Below are positions 47,367 to 56,069 of a stretch of 64,000 nucleotides of DNA, in pieces. The DNA comes from Minisyncoccota bacterium (GTDB lineage: Bacteria > Patescibacteriota > Minisyncoccia > Phycocordibacterales > SW-6-46-9), in NCBI GenBank assembly GCA_040905385.1, contig JBBDRP010000002.1, positions 595,403 through 659,402 of the forward strand, written 5' to 3'. The first letter of the stretch is position 1, and every line of letters begins with the position of its first letter. A program made the translations under genes and the position numbers. The notes beneath the pieces are model-generated. The model saw only the letters and a program-made list of their open reading frames with translations, searched no databases and was not told the origin of the DNA.

Positions 47367-48443
47367 CTACATCTTTATCACCCGTTTAGCAAACAGCTTC
47401 TGGGCAAACCCAACATTTGATACCACCCAGCCGACCAGCTTGAGACCGCCAGCTATCAGCGGATTATTGGTTAGCACCAGCTTGCGGGCTCGCTCGGTGC
47501 CGTCTATTACACGCTTCGCTTTGGCTCGCCTGGTTACTGCGTACGTGCTGATCGTGTTATCAACGATCGCCGCGACAACCGCCTGCCCGTCATCAATCCC
47601 CAGGTTCATCCCCCGACCACCCACCGGCGAGTGCGCGTGCGCCGCATCACCGGCCAAAACTACGCGCCCTTTTACATAGTCGTGAGCCTGGCGCACCGAA
47701 ATTTGGAAGGTTCCGGTATGCAGCACTTCTTTGATGTCCAGATCTATCGGCAGTACCGCCAGACTGTCCGGCGTAGAAGAAACCAGCCGTACGCGATTGG
47801 GTGCCATCGGGAACATCACCATAGCATCGCGCTGATCACGATCGCCATCCAGCATCCAGGCGGTGATTTTGTGGGTATCATAGGCGCCCTCCTCCAGCTG
47901 GAGATCAGCAATCGACCAGGTCTCCGGCAGCTCGTAGCCAGCGTAGTCTATGCCCATCGTATCGCGTACCGCCGAGTTGACCCCGTCGGCACCGATGATC
48001 CAGTCGTAGCTGCGGCGGCTTCCATCGGCAAAGGTAGCGGAGGCAGACGCTTTATCAGTCTGGACATCCGTTACCTTCCTACCGTACTGCACCTGCACAC
48101 CCAGCTCGGCCAGCTTCTGGCTCATGATTGTCTCGGTTTTATCCTGCGGCAGACCGATAATAAACTCAGACGGCGCAAAGAACTGATCAACATCAACATC
48201 GATCAGCCGCTTGCCGTCGCGGTAGATGTTGACGCGGCGGACATCCATACCCGCCGCTACCACCTGGTCACCGACACCGGTACGATTCATGATATCGATA
48301 CTTTTCGGTAGGATACCCACCGCCCGCGATAGCGGCGACGGCTGATCCTTAGCATCAACAATCTCCGGGGTAATCCCGCGGCGCGCCAGCTCTAACGCAG
48401 TTGTCTGGCCGGTCGGCCCGGCCCCGACGATTAGTATATTCAT
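47367..48443 (-). CDS. FAD-dependent monooxygenase (UbiH/PheA-like)
   Basis: 'IVGAGPTG', 'IGADG.NS.VR', 'GDAAHAHSPVGGRGMNLGIDD'. Confidence 0.92.
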   Translation of the reverse strand: MNILIVGAGPTGQTTALELARRGITPEIVDAKDQPSPLSRAVGILPKSIDIMNRTGVGDQVVAAGMDVRRVNIYRDGKRLIDVDVDQFFAPSEFIIGLPQDKTETIMSQKLAELGVQVQYGRKVTDVQTDKASASATFADGSRRSYDWIIGADGVNSAVRDTMGIDYAGYELPETWSIADLQLEEGAYDTHKITAWMLDGDRDQRDAMVMFPMAPNRVRLVSSTPDSLAVLPIDLDIKEVLHTGTFQISVRQAHDYVKGRVVLAGDAAHAHSPVGGRGMNLGIDDGQAVVAAIVDNTISTYAVTRRAKAKRVIDGTERARKLVLTNNPLIAGGLKLVGWVVSNVGFAQKLFAKRVIKM

Positions 48444-48471
48444 ACCTTTATTATGACACGGCATTCGCTTG

Positions 48472-48500
48472 TTTACAGGCTGGTGTGTTTATGCTACTTT
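48472..48500 (+). promoter_or_regulatory. Promoter of sRNA A copy 1
   Basis: TTTACA-17 nt-TACTTT with TG extension; same layout at 50879-50907. Confidence 0.7.
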
Positions 48501-48505
48501 TATTT

Positions 48506-48637
48506 TAGATTTCATTAATTTATACGTGCAGGGTTTGCTCAGTTACTGCCATGCTGTGATTTTCCTGCACGTCCTGAAGGTGGGGGTTCCGATGCACTCC
48601 ACCAGGTCGGCTGTCATTAAGACGGTCGACCTTTTTT
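48506..48637 (+). ncRNA. Candidate structured small RNA A, copy 1
   Basis: Three stems ending in a U-tailed terminator; homologous to 50913-51049 with compensatory changes. Confidence 0.65.
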
Positions 48638-48695
48638 ATTTCCTCTCCAGCATCTGCTGGCGACGGACAATCGTAAACGTACCAACACACGAACC
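48636..48695 (-). repeat. Orphan duplicate of the 3' end of 51171..51479
   Basis: GSCVGTFTIVRRQQMLERK* versus GSWVGTFIVVRRQQMLERK*. Confidence 0.88.
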
Positions 48696-48746
48696 TACGC
48701 TAAATAGCGTGGGTTCATGCTTCTAAAATTTAATATAATCAGTTTC

Positions 48747-49706
48747 CTACTCAGCGTCATCACGAAGTGTTCGCTCCACACCTTCCTCCTCAACAGAGAT
48801 CATCACGTCATGATCTGCCCGCAGACGAGCTGTTAGTTGTGCAAAGATATTTTCATCAACCTTCTGAGCTAAGAAGCTGTACCACGGATAATCCACAGTC
48901 ACCTCACCATTACTGGTGGCTCGGGCTGTTGCTGTCGCTTGCGTTGGAATAAAACCAAACAAACGCAGACGTGTTTTGTAGCGCACCTCGGTCGTCTCCT
49001 TGTCAGACGCAATATCAACCACGTCTTCGTTATCTAGCGCAGCCGATGCTACGCGCAGACCAAAGTCATTAGCGGTAGTTATCTCACTCGCGGCCTGTAA
49101 TCGAGACCGGACTTCTTCCTTCTGCTCCTCGCTCCATCCACGAACATCATCACCAGAAACCCGAATAGAAACATCAGCGCGTGTTGGTGGTTGGTTTGTG
49201 TCATCGTCATCATCACAATCATCTCCTGTACACACATCACCACGGACGCGAATCTCTACCCCTACATTCTGCAGTGGACTGTTTTCATCAATTGAAAGGG
49301 CTTCTATGAGTTTTGGTGTAGTTTTGTCAATCCGCTTCCCGGCTCTGGAAGTGCCATCAATAATCCCATCGTCATCACTATCAGCATCATTCGGATCAAT
49401 GGCTGCTGAAGTAGTGCTGTTTGATCGAGCATCAGCACCATCCGCTGCCCGTACATCACTATATCCATCGCCATCGGTATCTCCGTCATCTCTGACCGTC
49501 GACCGGTTAGAGCGAGAATTGTTATAATTAGCCTCTTGCTGTTCCGATGTTTGCTCGTCATCAGCCGTATCTGTATCACCCTCACTACGCACCTCTGTCT
49601 GCTGCTGCGCTTCAACACGAACATCTGTCTGTGCCTGCGTGATAAATGCACCCGTCAGAAAAACGGCGATAGTAAGTGCGGTAGTTATGATTAGTTTATT
49701 TTTCAT
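48747..49706 (-). CDS. Secreted acidic protein with mosaic low-complexity region and C-terminal 'LFGFIP..YPWYSFL' domain
   Basis: Signal peptide; DxDxDG motifs; Hcp-like segment KRIDKTTPKLIEAL. Confidence 0.75.
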   Translation of the reverse strand: MKNKLIITTALTIAVFLTGAFITQAQTDVRVEAQQQTEVRSEGDTDTADDEQTSEQQEANYNNSRSNRSTVRDDGDTDGDGYSDVRAADGADARSNSTTSAAIDPNDADSDDDGIIDGTSRAGKRIDKTTPKLIEALSIDENSPLQNVGVEIRVRGDVCTGDDCDDDDDTNQPPTRADVSIRVSGDDVRGWSEEQKEEVRSRLQAASEITTANDFGLRVASAALDNEDVVDIASDKETTEVRYKTRLRLFGFIPTQATATARATSNGEVTVDYPWYSFLAQKVDENIFAQLTARLRADHDVMISVEEEGVERTLRDDAE

Positions 49707-49823
49707 ATAAATAGTATATTTAAATCCATTAATTAGTCTTCCTTTATAGTAGCACGTATCTACTCGGGTGTTATAGACTTACTGGATTTTTTCTGGATCT
49801 GCTAGCCAGTATGGAGTAACCAT

Positions 49824-49856
49824 CAAAAAACCCACGCCATGTGGCGCGGTTTTTTG
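49824..49856. terminator. Bidirectional terminator
   Basis: CAAAAAACCCACGCCA-TG-TGGCGCGGTTTTTTG. Confidence 0.7.
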
Positions 49857-49886
49857 AGTCCTTGATATCCTTTATCAGAACTAACT

Positions 49887-50738
49887 CTAGCGACTATCCA
49901 TTCCCGTGTTAACAAACTTAATACACAGCCCCTGGTTCTTGAAGCCGTAATCTTCCCAACCACCCTTCATACAGTCCTCTTTCGTCTGCGGATTCAGCTG
50001 ACCAACATGCCAATGGGCAGCATAATCTCCGTTATCAAGGTTCGGGAATGTATCTTCACCATAGTTGTAGCTGTTCAGGAAGAACTCACGTAGGAAGTTT
50101 TCACCACCTGGTCCGCGAGCAACCTCGTCACCGTTGATGTAGAAGACGTACTCTTCAGTACTGGTAGCCAACTCGATGCCAAGCGTTACCCACTCGCCGT
50201 AGGTAAAGTCGGTGTCAAGGTTAGTCCAGCCGTTGGCTGAATCCCACACACGCCAGCCCTCGTGATCACCTTCAGCTGAGTCACCGGAATCACTTGGTTC
50301 CAGATTAACAAACTCGATAATGCCAAACCAGTTATCGCGGTTTCCAGCACCTTCATCACCAACCGTCCAGAATCCAGCGCGAACGGCCTGGTCCTGCCAG
50401 TCCTCATCAATATACAGGTCAACCTGCATAGCTGTACCAAAGTTTTGTATTTCATCTGCAGCCGTCTTTATTCCTTCTGTACGCTGGAATGTCCCCGGTG
50501 CAGTTTCTGAACTATCAATACCAATTCGCGCCACGTCATCACGCGCAAATGCCGACACCGAAGTCACACCATCAGTCGGAAATGCACGATCCGCTTCCCA
50601 GTCATTATCAAGCTCACTTTGCGTAAATTAATCTAACATCCCGAAATGACTGCTAGCCGCCACATACCCCACTCCAAACAATAAGAGAGTGGCAATAGCG
50701 GCCACTGTCACGGTCGTAGATCGTAATGCTGTTGTCAT
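49887..50738 (-). pseudogene. Secreted beta-sandwich (lectin/LamG-like) protein interrupted by an in-frame TAA
   Basis: ATG 50738 plus signal peptide is in frame with 49887..50567; single TAA at 50628-50630; C-terminal 'CMKGGW..YGFKNQGLCI'. Confidence 0.75.
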
Positions 50739-50878
50739 AAATTATAGTAATGTTATTAGTAAAGAACACTCTTGGTGGTGATTACAGCTCCACCGTACTA
50801 GTTATTATAGTACCTTTTAAGAAAGAAAGGGTTGTATTTGTGGAAAAAACAACTTCCAAGGTAACTACTCTGGATTTA

Positions 50879-50907
50879 TTTACAACTGTATCTATTTTTG
50901 CTACTTT
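50879..50907 (+). promoter_or_regulatory. Promoter of sRNA A copy 2
   Basis: TTTACA-17 nt-TACTTT with TG extension. Confidence 0.7.
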
Positions 50908-50912
50908 TGATT

Positions 50913-51049
50913 TAGATTTCATTAATTTATGCGTGTGGGTTTTCCTTGGTTATTCCCCTTTGGCTGAGGTTTTTCTGCACGTTGTAAGGTGGGGTTTTAT
51001 CTCCGCCTCACCGGGTCGGCTGCCGAATTCTCGGTAGTCGACTTTTTTT
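50913..51049 (+). ncRNA. Candidate structured small RNA A, copy 2
   Basis: Identical 5' AGATTTCATTAATTTAT; same three stems; terminator GTCGGCTGCCGA/TCGGTAGTCGAC plus U7. Confidence 0.65.
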
Positions 51050-51084
51050 ATTTTCAAGCAAGCACTTCTGTGCTAAATTACACG

Positions 51085-51172
51085 CAGATCTGTACCACTT
51101 TCCTTTGAGCGGTAAGAGCCATACCTTGCTTACCGATCAGGGCCACCTGGTTGCACAGGTGGCCTTTTTTTT
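51085..51172 (+). ncRNA. Candidate small RNA B
   Basis: TTTTCA-17 nt-TAAATT (TG-extended) at 51051-51079; stem CGGTAAG/CTTACCG; terminator GGCCACCTG/CAGGTGGCC plus U-run. Confidence 0.45.
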
Positions 51173-51479
51173 ATTTCCTCTCCAGCATCTGCTGGCGGCG
51201 GACAACTATAAATGTACCAACCCACGAGCCCATCACCAACGGCACGAGGTATAGAATATTTTCCGTAAACGAAAAGATTCCAAAAGCGATGATTATGTAC
51301 ACCACCGCGCCGGATGTCGCTGCCGCCACTGGGCGCTTGTCGGCCACGGCGCTCGTATAGTAGGTATTCAGAGCATCAATGACGATATACGCGATAAAAA
51401 TCAGCAGTGCAATCAAGAAACTGAACTCAGCCCACAGCACCGGCAGCGATACGTCGATAAAATGAGTTACGTAATCCAT
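51171..51479 (-). CDS. Small three-TM membrane protein
   Basis: 102 aa, hydrophobic; TGGCATAAT 6 nt before ATG. Confidence 0.75.
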   Translation of the reverse strand: MDYVTHFIDVSLPVLWAEFSFLIALLIFIAYIVIDALNTYYTSAVADKRPVAAATSGAVVYIIIAFGIFSFTENILYLVPLVMGSWVGTFIVVRRQQMLERK

Positions 51480-51535
51480 GTCGACATTATGCCATAAGCT
51501 AAGTTCGGCTCGAGTTTTCGGCGGTCTCGTCTATA

Positions 51536-52261
51536 ATGGACAGCGCAGAGATACCGACACATATGGAAACAATGCCGCTACAAAAGTACCTCGCCCACAA
51601 TGGTTACGGCTCGCGTCGCGACAGCGAAGAGCTGATTCGTGATGGCCGCGTACTGGTCAATGGATCAGTCGCCGAACTGGGCGCCTACGTCGACCCGACA
51701 GACACCGTCGAGGTACCCGACTTCGTCCCCCGCGAGCCCGAGACCTGGGCCTTCTACAAACCCCGCGGAATTGTGACGGTAAATGCCCAGCGCGATAACA
51801 AAGAAATAGCCGACATCACTGACCTGCCCGATGATGTGGTGCCGATCGGCCGACTAGACAAAGACTCCGAGGGCCTGATTCTACTTTCAAACAACAGCCG
51901 CCTGCCGCAGCAGATCCTCGGCTCCGGTGTCGAGAAGGAGTACTTTGTCGAGGTAGACAAAAAGATCACCCACGGCTTCCTGGTCGAGGTTAGAGGCGGC
52001 GTCAGCATCAAGATTCCGGACCGTGGCGGCAATATGCACTGGTACACCACGAAAAAGACCAAGGCCCGCCGCACCAGCCAGACGAGCTTCGAGATCATCC
52101 TGACCGAAGGTAAGAACCGCCAGATCCGTCGCATGTGCGCCGCACTTGGCTACGGCATCCGCACGCTGCGACGCTTCCGCATCGGCGACATTCGCCTCGA
52201 CGGCCTCCAGTCTAGCGAGATGCGAAAGCTTGATTTAGATACAGAGGATAGGGTGTTTTAA
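51536..52261 (+). CDS. rRNA pseudouridine synthase, RsuA/RluB/RluF family with S4 domain
   Basis: 'LQKYLA..G.GSRR', 'YKPRG', 'GRLDKDSEGL', 'EGKNRQIRRM'. Confidence 0.93.
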   Translation: MDSAEIPTHMETMPLQKYLAHNGYGSRRDSEELIRDGRVLVNGSVAELGAYVDPTDTVEVPDFVPREPETWAFYKPRGIVTVNAQRDNKEIADITDLPDDVVPIGRLDKDSEGLILLSNNSRLPQQILGSGVEKEYFVEVDKKITHGFLVEVRGGVSIKIPDRGGNMHWYTTKKTKARRTSQTSFEIILTEGKNRQIRRMCAALGYGIRTLRRFRIGDIRLDGLQSSEMRKLDLDTEDRVF

Positions 52262-52279
52262 AGCTCGACTGCTTCGGTG

Positions 52280-52747
52280 TTATATAAGAAAAGAGTGTGC
52301 GAGGTAATAGACAAAGGCGCCGAGTGAACCCCACCAGCCGATGATGGAGATAATGAAGCTCGCTATAATCTTGTGCTGAAGTGGTTGCGGAAGCAGTTCT
52401 GTATCCTTTCCTTTCTTCTCTTGTTTGATGAGATACGGACTTACTACAAAAGACAGAAATAGACCGTTGAGTATCAGCACTACCGCGGCGATGGCATGCG
52501 TATACACCATCCACGAGACCGGCTGCGTACTGTAGAAAATTACGCCGCCAATAATACCCAAGGTGATACCAAGCCAAATGAGCGGCTTAGTTACCTTGTG
52601 CGCCCGGATGGTCGCTTTCGTCCAGTAACCGGACGTACGTGCTAAAAATCCATGCACATCAATCACCGTTACCGCTCCAAGGCCGATGATATAGCCGGCG
52701 AGAAGTATAAAGAGACCGATAAATTCTAAAGAAATATCTAGTGTCAT
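52280..52747 (-). CDS. Four-TM membrane protein
   Basis: 155 aa, four hydrophobic helices; leaderless promoter TGCTATAAT. Confidence 0.75.
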   Translation of the reverse strand: MTLDISLEFIGLFILLAGYIIGLGAVTVIDVHGFLARTSGYWTKATIRAHKVTKPLIWLGITLGIIGGVIFYSTQPVSWMVYTHAIAAVVLILNGLFLSFVVSPYLIKQEKKGKDTELLPQPLQHKIIASFIISIIGWWGSLGAFVYYLAHSFLI

Positions 52748-52784
52748 GATTTTTTATTATAGCATTTCTTAAACTACAGCCCGC

Positions 52785-52848
52785 CGGTCTCCAGCCGGCG
52801 AGATACGCAAGCTGGATTTAGATACAGAGGATAGGGTGTTTTAAGGCT
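52785..52848 (+). repeat. Orphan duplicate of the pseudouridine synthase 3' end
   Basis: Matches 52201-52265; last 30 nt through the stop codon are identical. Confidence 0.9.
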
Positions 52849-52905
52849 TAAACTCTTAAATATCTGCAATAGAAGCAACTTTCATTGCTCTCCTGTACCC
52901 ATTGT

Positions 52906-54366
52906 TTATAAGGCTGAAGATGTGAAAATATCGCCCGATGGCAAGAACTCCAACCGATACTCGCGACCAAGTCCTCGAAACTCTTCGGATTCTTCATGAA
53001 TCAAAAGCGAGCTAAAATCCTCTTCCCACTTTACGCCGTCACAGCCCGAATCAAACGGAAATCCATTCAGCACAATCTGTCGCTTCTCTTGTGGGTTCAA
53101 AAGCAGTACCTCACAAGCCTCGCCGTCTTCAATCGTGTTAGCCACTGCCAACCATGGCTTGCCCTCGGTAACATCAGCCCCAAGTTCGCTGGTTGTCATC
53201 GGGTTATACTCACCGCCGTTGAAACGATCATGGGGTACAGTGATCGGCTGTATCTTCTGTTCTTCCGTATCATAAACCCGCATATTTTTACTATAAATAT
53301 TAACTAGCAGAGCGTGCTCATTATCAAGCCAGCGGATCATTCGGCCGGGGTTAGAAAACGTCTTGGCTTCTCTGGTAGTAGCATCATAAACAAATAAGTC
53401 TTCGCACAAACCATCTATAGACAGCTGGCTAGCATACTTTGTGTTATCTGGGGAAAATGTCCTTGGCGCACTGAAGTCATATGTGCAGACATTACTACTT
53501 TCAGCCAAAACCTCCCCAGAACTGTCACGAAATTGAACATACGTTTCGCCAGTTACTGAATTATCATATATGAAAAATTCACCATCAACGTCTGCTGATT
53601 TTGGCACCACAGTTAAGCCAGATGTACCCGGCCGTTGATTATTTCGGGACGCTGAACTTCCGCCATTGAAATGATACAGACGGCTTGCAGTGCCGGTAAA
53701 CTGCACATTGAAAATATCCGAATGCTCTGACACATCATACGTTACCGACGTTATCTCACCTTCGGCCGCTCGACGTTCTATACCACCCTGAATAATGGCC
53801 GGTGCACTTAGAAGATATCCCAAAAGCGGCCATATCATTATCGCCAGCACAGCTGCTAGCAACGAATGCATCACACGACTCTTGCTCAAGTACCGATACA
53901 CTGGAAGCAGCCACCAAGAGATGAGCCAGGACATCCCACCAGCAGTAATCATAGCAAAAAATGGAATGATGAAGAGAGCTCCTGCGAGACCACTTTGCGG
54001 AAATAGTGTGGCCGTAATGTCATTTCCGACCAAGCTAAAGAAATGACCGTAAAAAAGTAGAAAAGAACCAATTGTCATCAGTGCAGCTAGGCAGATAAAG
54101 AATCGTGTGTAACCATTCTTCCATCGCCGGCGAACATAAATAGCAATTGCAGAAACCACCACACCTATAGCTAGCAAAATCAACCCGGTAGTGAAGGCAT
54201 CTTCCAGCCCAACAAGATTCTCTACGAAAAATGGAAAGCCAAAGTAAGGTACGACAAAGGCTCCGATCAAAAAGATACCCACTACAATAGTGCGAACGAT
54301 AGGAAAATTAGCCTTGTCCGATTGATTGGCTAATTCCGGAGCCTGTTGTGCATCTGGTGTATTCAT
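52906..54366 (-). CDS. Membrane protein with five N-terminal TMs and an extracellular beta-propeller-like domain
   Basis: TM block then 'FSPDNTK', 'LFVYD', 'RWLDN' blade-like motifs. Confidence 0.65.
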   Translation of the reverse strand: MNTPDAQQAPELANQSDKANFPIVRTIVVGIFLIGAFVVPYFGFPFFVENLVGLEDAFTTGLILLAIGVVVSAIAIYVRRRWKNGYTRFFICLAALMTIGSFLLFYGHFFSLVGNDITATLFPQSGLAGALFIIPFFAMITAGGMSWLISWWLLPVYRYLSKSRVMHSLLAAVLAIMIWPLLGYLLSAPAIIQGGIERRAAEGEITSVTYDVSEHSDIFNVQFTGTASRLYHFNGGSSASRNNQRPGTSGLTVVPKSADVDGEFFIYDNSVTGETYVQFRDSSGEVLAESSNVCTYDFSAPRTFSPDNTKYASQLSIDGLCEDLFVYDATTREAKTFSNPGRMIRWLDNEHALLVNIYSKNMRVYDTEEQKIQPITVPHDRFNGGEYNPMTTSELGADVTEGKPWLAVANTIEDGEACEVLLLNPQEKRQIVLNGFPFDSGCDGVKWEEDFSSLLIHEESEEFRGLGREYRLEFLPSGDIFTSSAL

Positions 54367-54425
54367 ATATTTATTGTAGCGTAGTTTTTGGTGTTACATA
54401 ATAGCTACTAGTAGCTATTTTATGA

Positions 54426-55043
54426 TTATTTATCTTGAGACAATTCTCTAAATTCAGCAATAATTTCATCCGGACCTTCCTCGCGAGCAATCTCCAGAGC
54501 ACGGAAATAATCGGTTGCCTCTTTATAAATTGTATCCTTAACATCAATATCAGGAGCCAAGTCACCGAGTATCCGTATCAAAAGCGCATAAATAATTATG
54601 TGATTCTGGGTCAACTTTGATTCATCTACCCATTTCTCGCGTACCTTACTCCAGTAATTTCCTACGCAGGGTACAGCTTCTCTGTCACCGGCAAACCGAT
54701 GTAGAAGCTCATGAATTACCAACTCCGTACGCTTGTCACGACCTTGCCCTTCCAGTGACATCACCGGCAGGATAAGTGGTGTCGACATAGCTCCCAATCC
54801 ACCACCAATCACAAAAACCTCAATATCACGTGGGTACGTAATACCAGTAATATCAATTATCTTTTTTATAACGGAGTCGTCTTTATTTATTTCAGACCAC
54901 AACTCTCGCCAAATCTGCACTTCCTTATTTACTCTTTTCTTACTTGGGTACCCTTCAAGATCTTTCCGCTTGAAAAGCTGCCGCCGATTACGATCCAGCG
55001 GATAGGCATACTTGAATACAACTTGTGGGATACGTTCTGACAT
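54426..55043 (-). CDS. Putative zinc metallopeptidase
   Basis: 'LVIHELLHR' HExxH with later 'NHIII'. Confidence 0.65.
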   Translation of the reverse strand: MSERIPQVVFKYAYPLDRNRRQLFKRKDLEGYPSKKRVNKEVQIWRELWSEINKDDSVIKKIIDITGITYPRDIEVFVIGGGLGAMSTPLILPVMSLEGQGRDKRTELVIHELLHRFAGDREAVPCVGNYWSKVREKWVDESKLTQNHIIIYALLIRILGDLAPDIDVKDTIYKEATDYFRALEIAREEGPDEIIAEFRELSQDK

Positions 55044-55073
55044 ATACCCATTATGACATAGCTTACTTGGGTC

Positions 55074-55107
55074 TGTTATATAACAGATTTTTTGGTGTTA
55101 TATAACA
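55074..55107. repeat. Two copies of the palindrome TGTTATATAACA
   Basis: 55074-55085 and 55096-55107; also 57285-57296 and degenerate 54392-54403. Confidence 0.65.
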
Positions 55108-55123
55108 AAATTTACGTATTATC

Positions 55124-55363
55124 TTAATCATCATATTTTGCTTCTGCCCAGGCTTTTATTTTATTGACCGTATCAAACCCATCACCATCAAGGTTATCAA
55201 CGAGATTTTTCAGCGTGATGGTGTACTCCATGCCGTCAGCCGTAAAATAAAATTTGTTTTTCGAATACTGAAACTGAACTCCGGCTTCAGCCCCGCTTAA
55301 ATTCTTCTCACGTGCTTCATCGTACATTTCCAGCAACGCCTCGGCCTTCTGTTTGTTATACAT
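55124..55363 (-). CDS. Small hypothetical protein
   Basis: 79 aa ORF co-oriented with neighbours. Confidence 0.6.
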   Translation of the reverse strand: MYNKQKAEALLEMYDEAREKNLSGAEAGVQFQYSKNKFYFTADGMEYTITLKNLVDNLDGDGFDTVNKIKAWAEAKYDD

Positions 55364-55405
55364 ATTTTATGTAGTTATATTAAAACTTGTAGAATTTTGA
55401 TTCAT

Positions 55406-55927
55406 TTACATGTCAGAGCCGTCTTCAGAGACAGCTGCGCGTATACTCTCTGAGATACTGGCTACATCAAAGCTTCCGTGATTTTCAATACGTAGTAGCG
55501 GTAGACCTACCTCATCGAGAATCCGCTCAACCTCCTCATCACGGGCGATACGGTCTTTGCGACTGTGGCTTTTGTCATCTAACTCAATCACCAAACGTGG
55601 TGAAAGGTAATCTTTGTCACATAGTACAAAATCAACTGACTTACGATCAATATGAGCTAACGCGCCCTGCCAGTTTTGACCTTTCACTTTATGATCAATA
55701 ATTGTAGATAGATGTACCTGCGGAAAAATAACATAGTCATCCGCCACTGCATCCTGAAGCACATCGTAAAAATCATGCTCCGCTCGAGTCATGAAGTATT
55801 TCTTGCGCTGATAGTTATAGGATGCCACCTCTTTCTCTTTTCTCTTGCCTCCGTTCTCAATATACTGCTTCGCATATCCAATTAAAATAATAACCGCAAC
55901 GAGAACAAATATTGTAATTATATCCAT
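55406..55927 (-). CDS. DUF2726 domain protein
   Basis: TM; 'IFPQVHLS', 'KSVDFVLCD', 'IELDDKSH...R..RD', 'LPLLRI'. Confidence 0.9.
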   Translation of the reverse strand: MDIITIFVLVAVIILIGYAKQYIENGGKRKEKEVASYNYQRKKYFMTRAEHDFYDVLQDAVADDYVIFPQVHLSTIIDHKVKGQNWQGALAHIDRKSVDFVLCDKDYLSPRLVIELDDKSHSRKDRIARDEEVERILDEVGLPLLRIENHGSFDVASISESIRAAVSEDGSDM

Positions 55928-56037
55928 GATTTAAGTTATGAACGTAACTAAATCATACCATCATTCTGAAGGCTTTCAGTGGCTAATACCTTGATATACG
56001 AATCTCTTGCCCTTATTTTAGGGCTAATATTAGGCTC

Positions 56038-56069
56038 GCTAAATAACTCAACCGGTTGAGTTATTTAAC
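56038..56069. repeat. Palindromic dispersed repeat, copy 2
   Basis: GCTAAATAACTCA-ACCGGT-TGAGTTATTTAAC; contains the stop codon of 56061..56360. Confidence 0.75.

Noticed and set aside
48469-48726. ORFs 48469..48726, 50750..51037 and 51151..51360 sharing peptide stretches
   Set aside because: Similarity comes from the duplicated sRNA and gene-end DNA; the ORFs run through promoters and terminators
29598-50630. Possible TAA recoding suggested by two in-frame TAA codons
   Set aside because: TAA, TAG and TGA all end conserved genes normally here; point mutations are simpler
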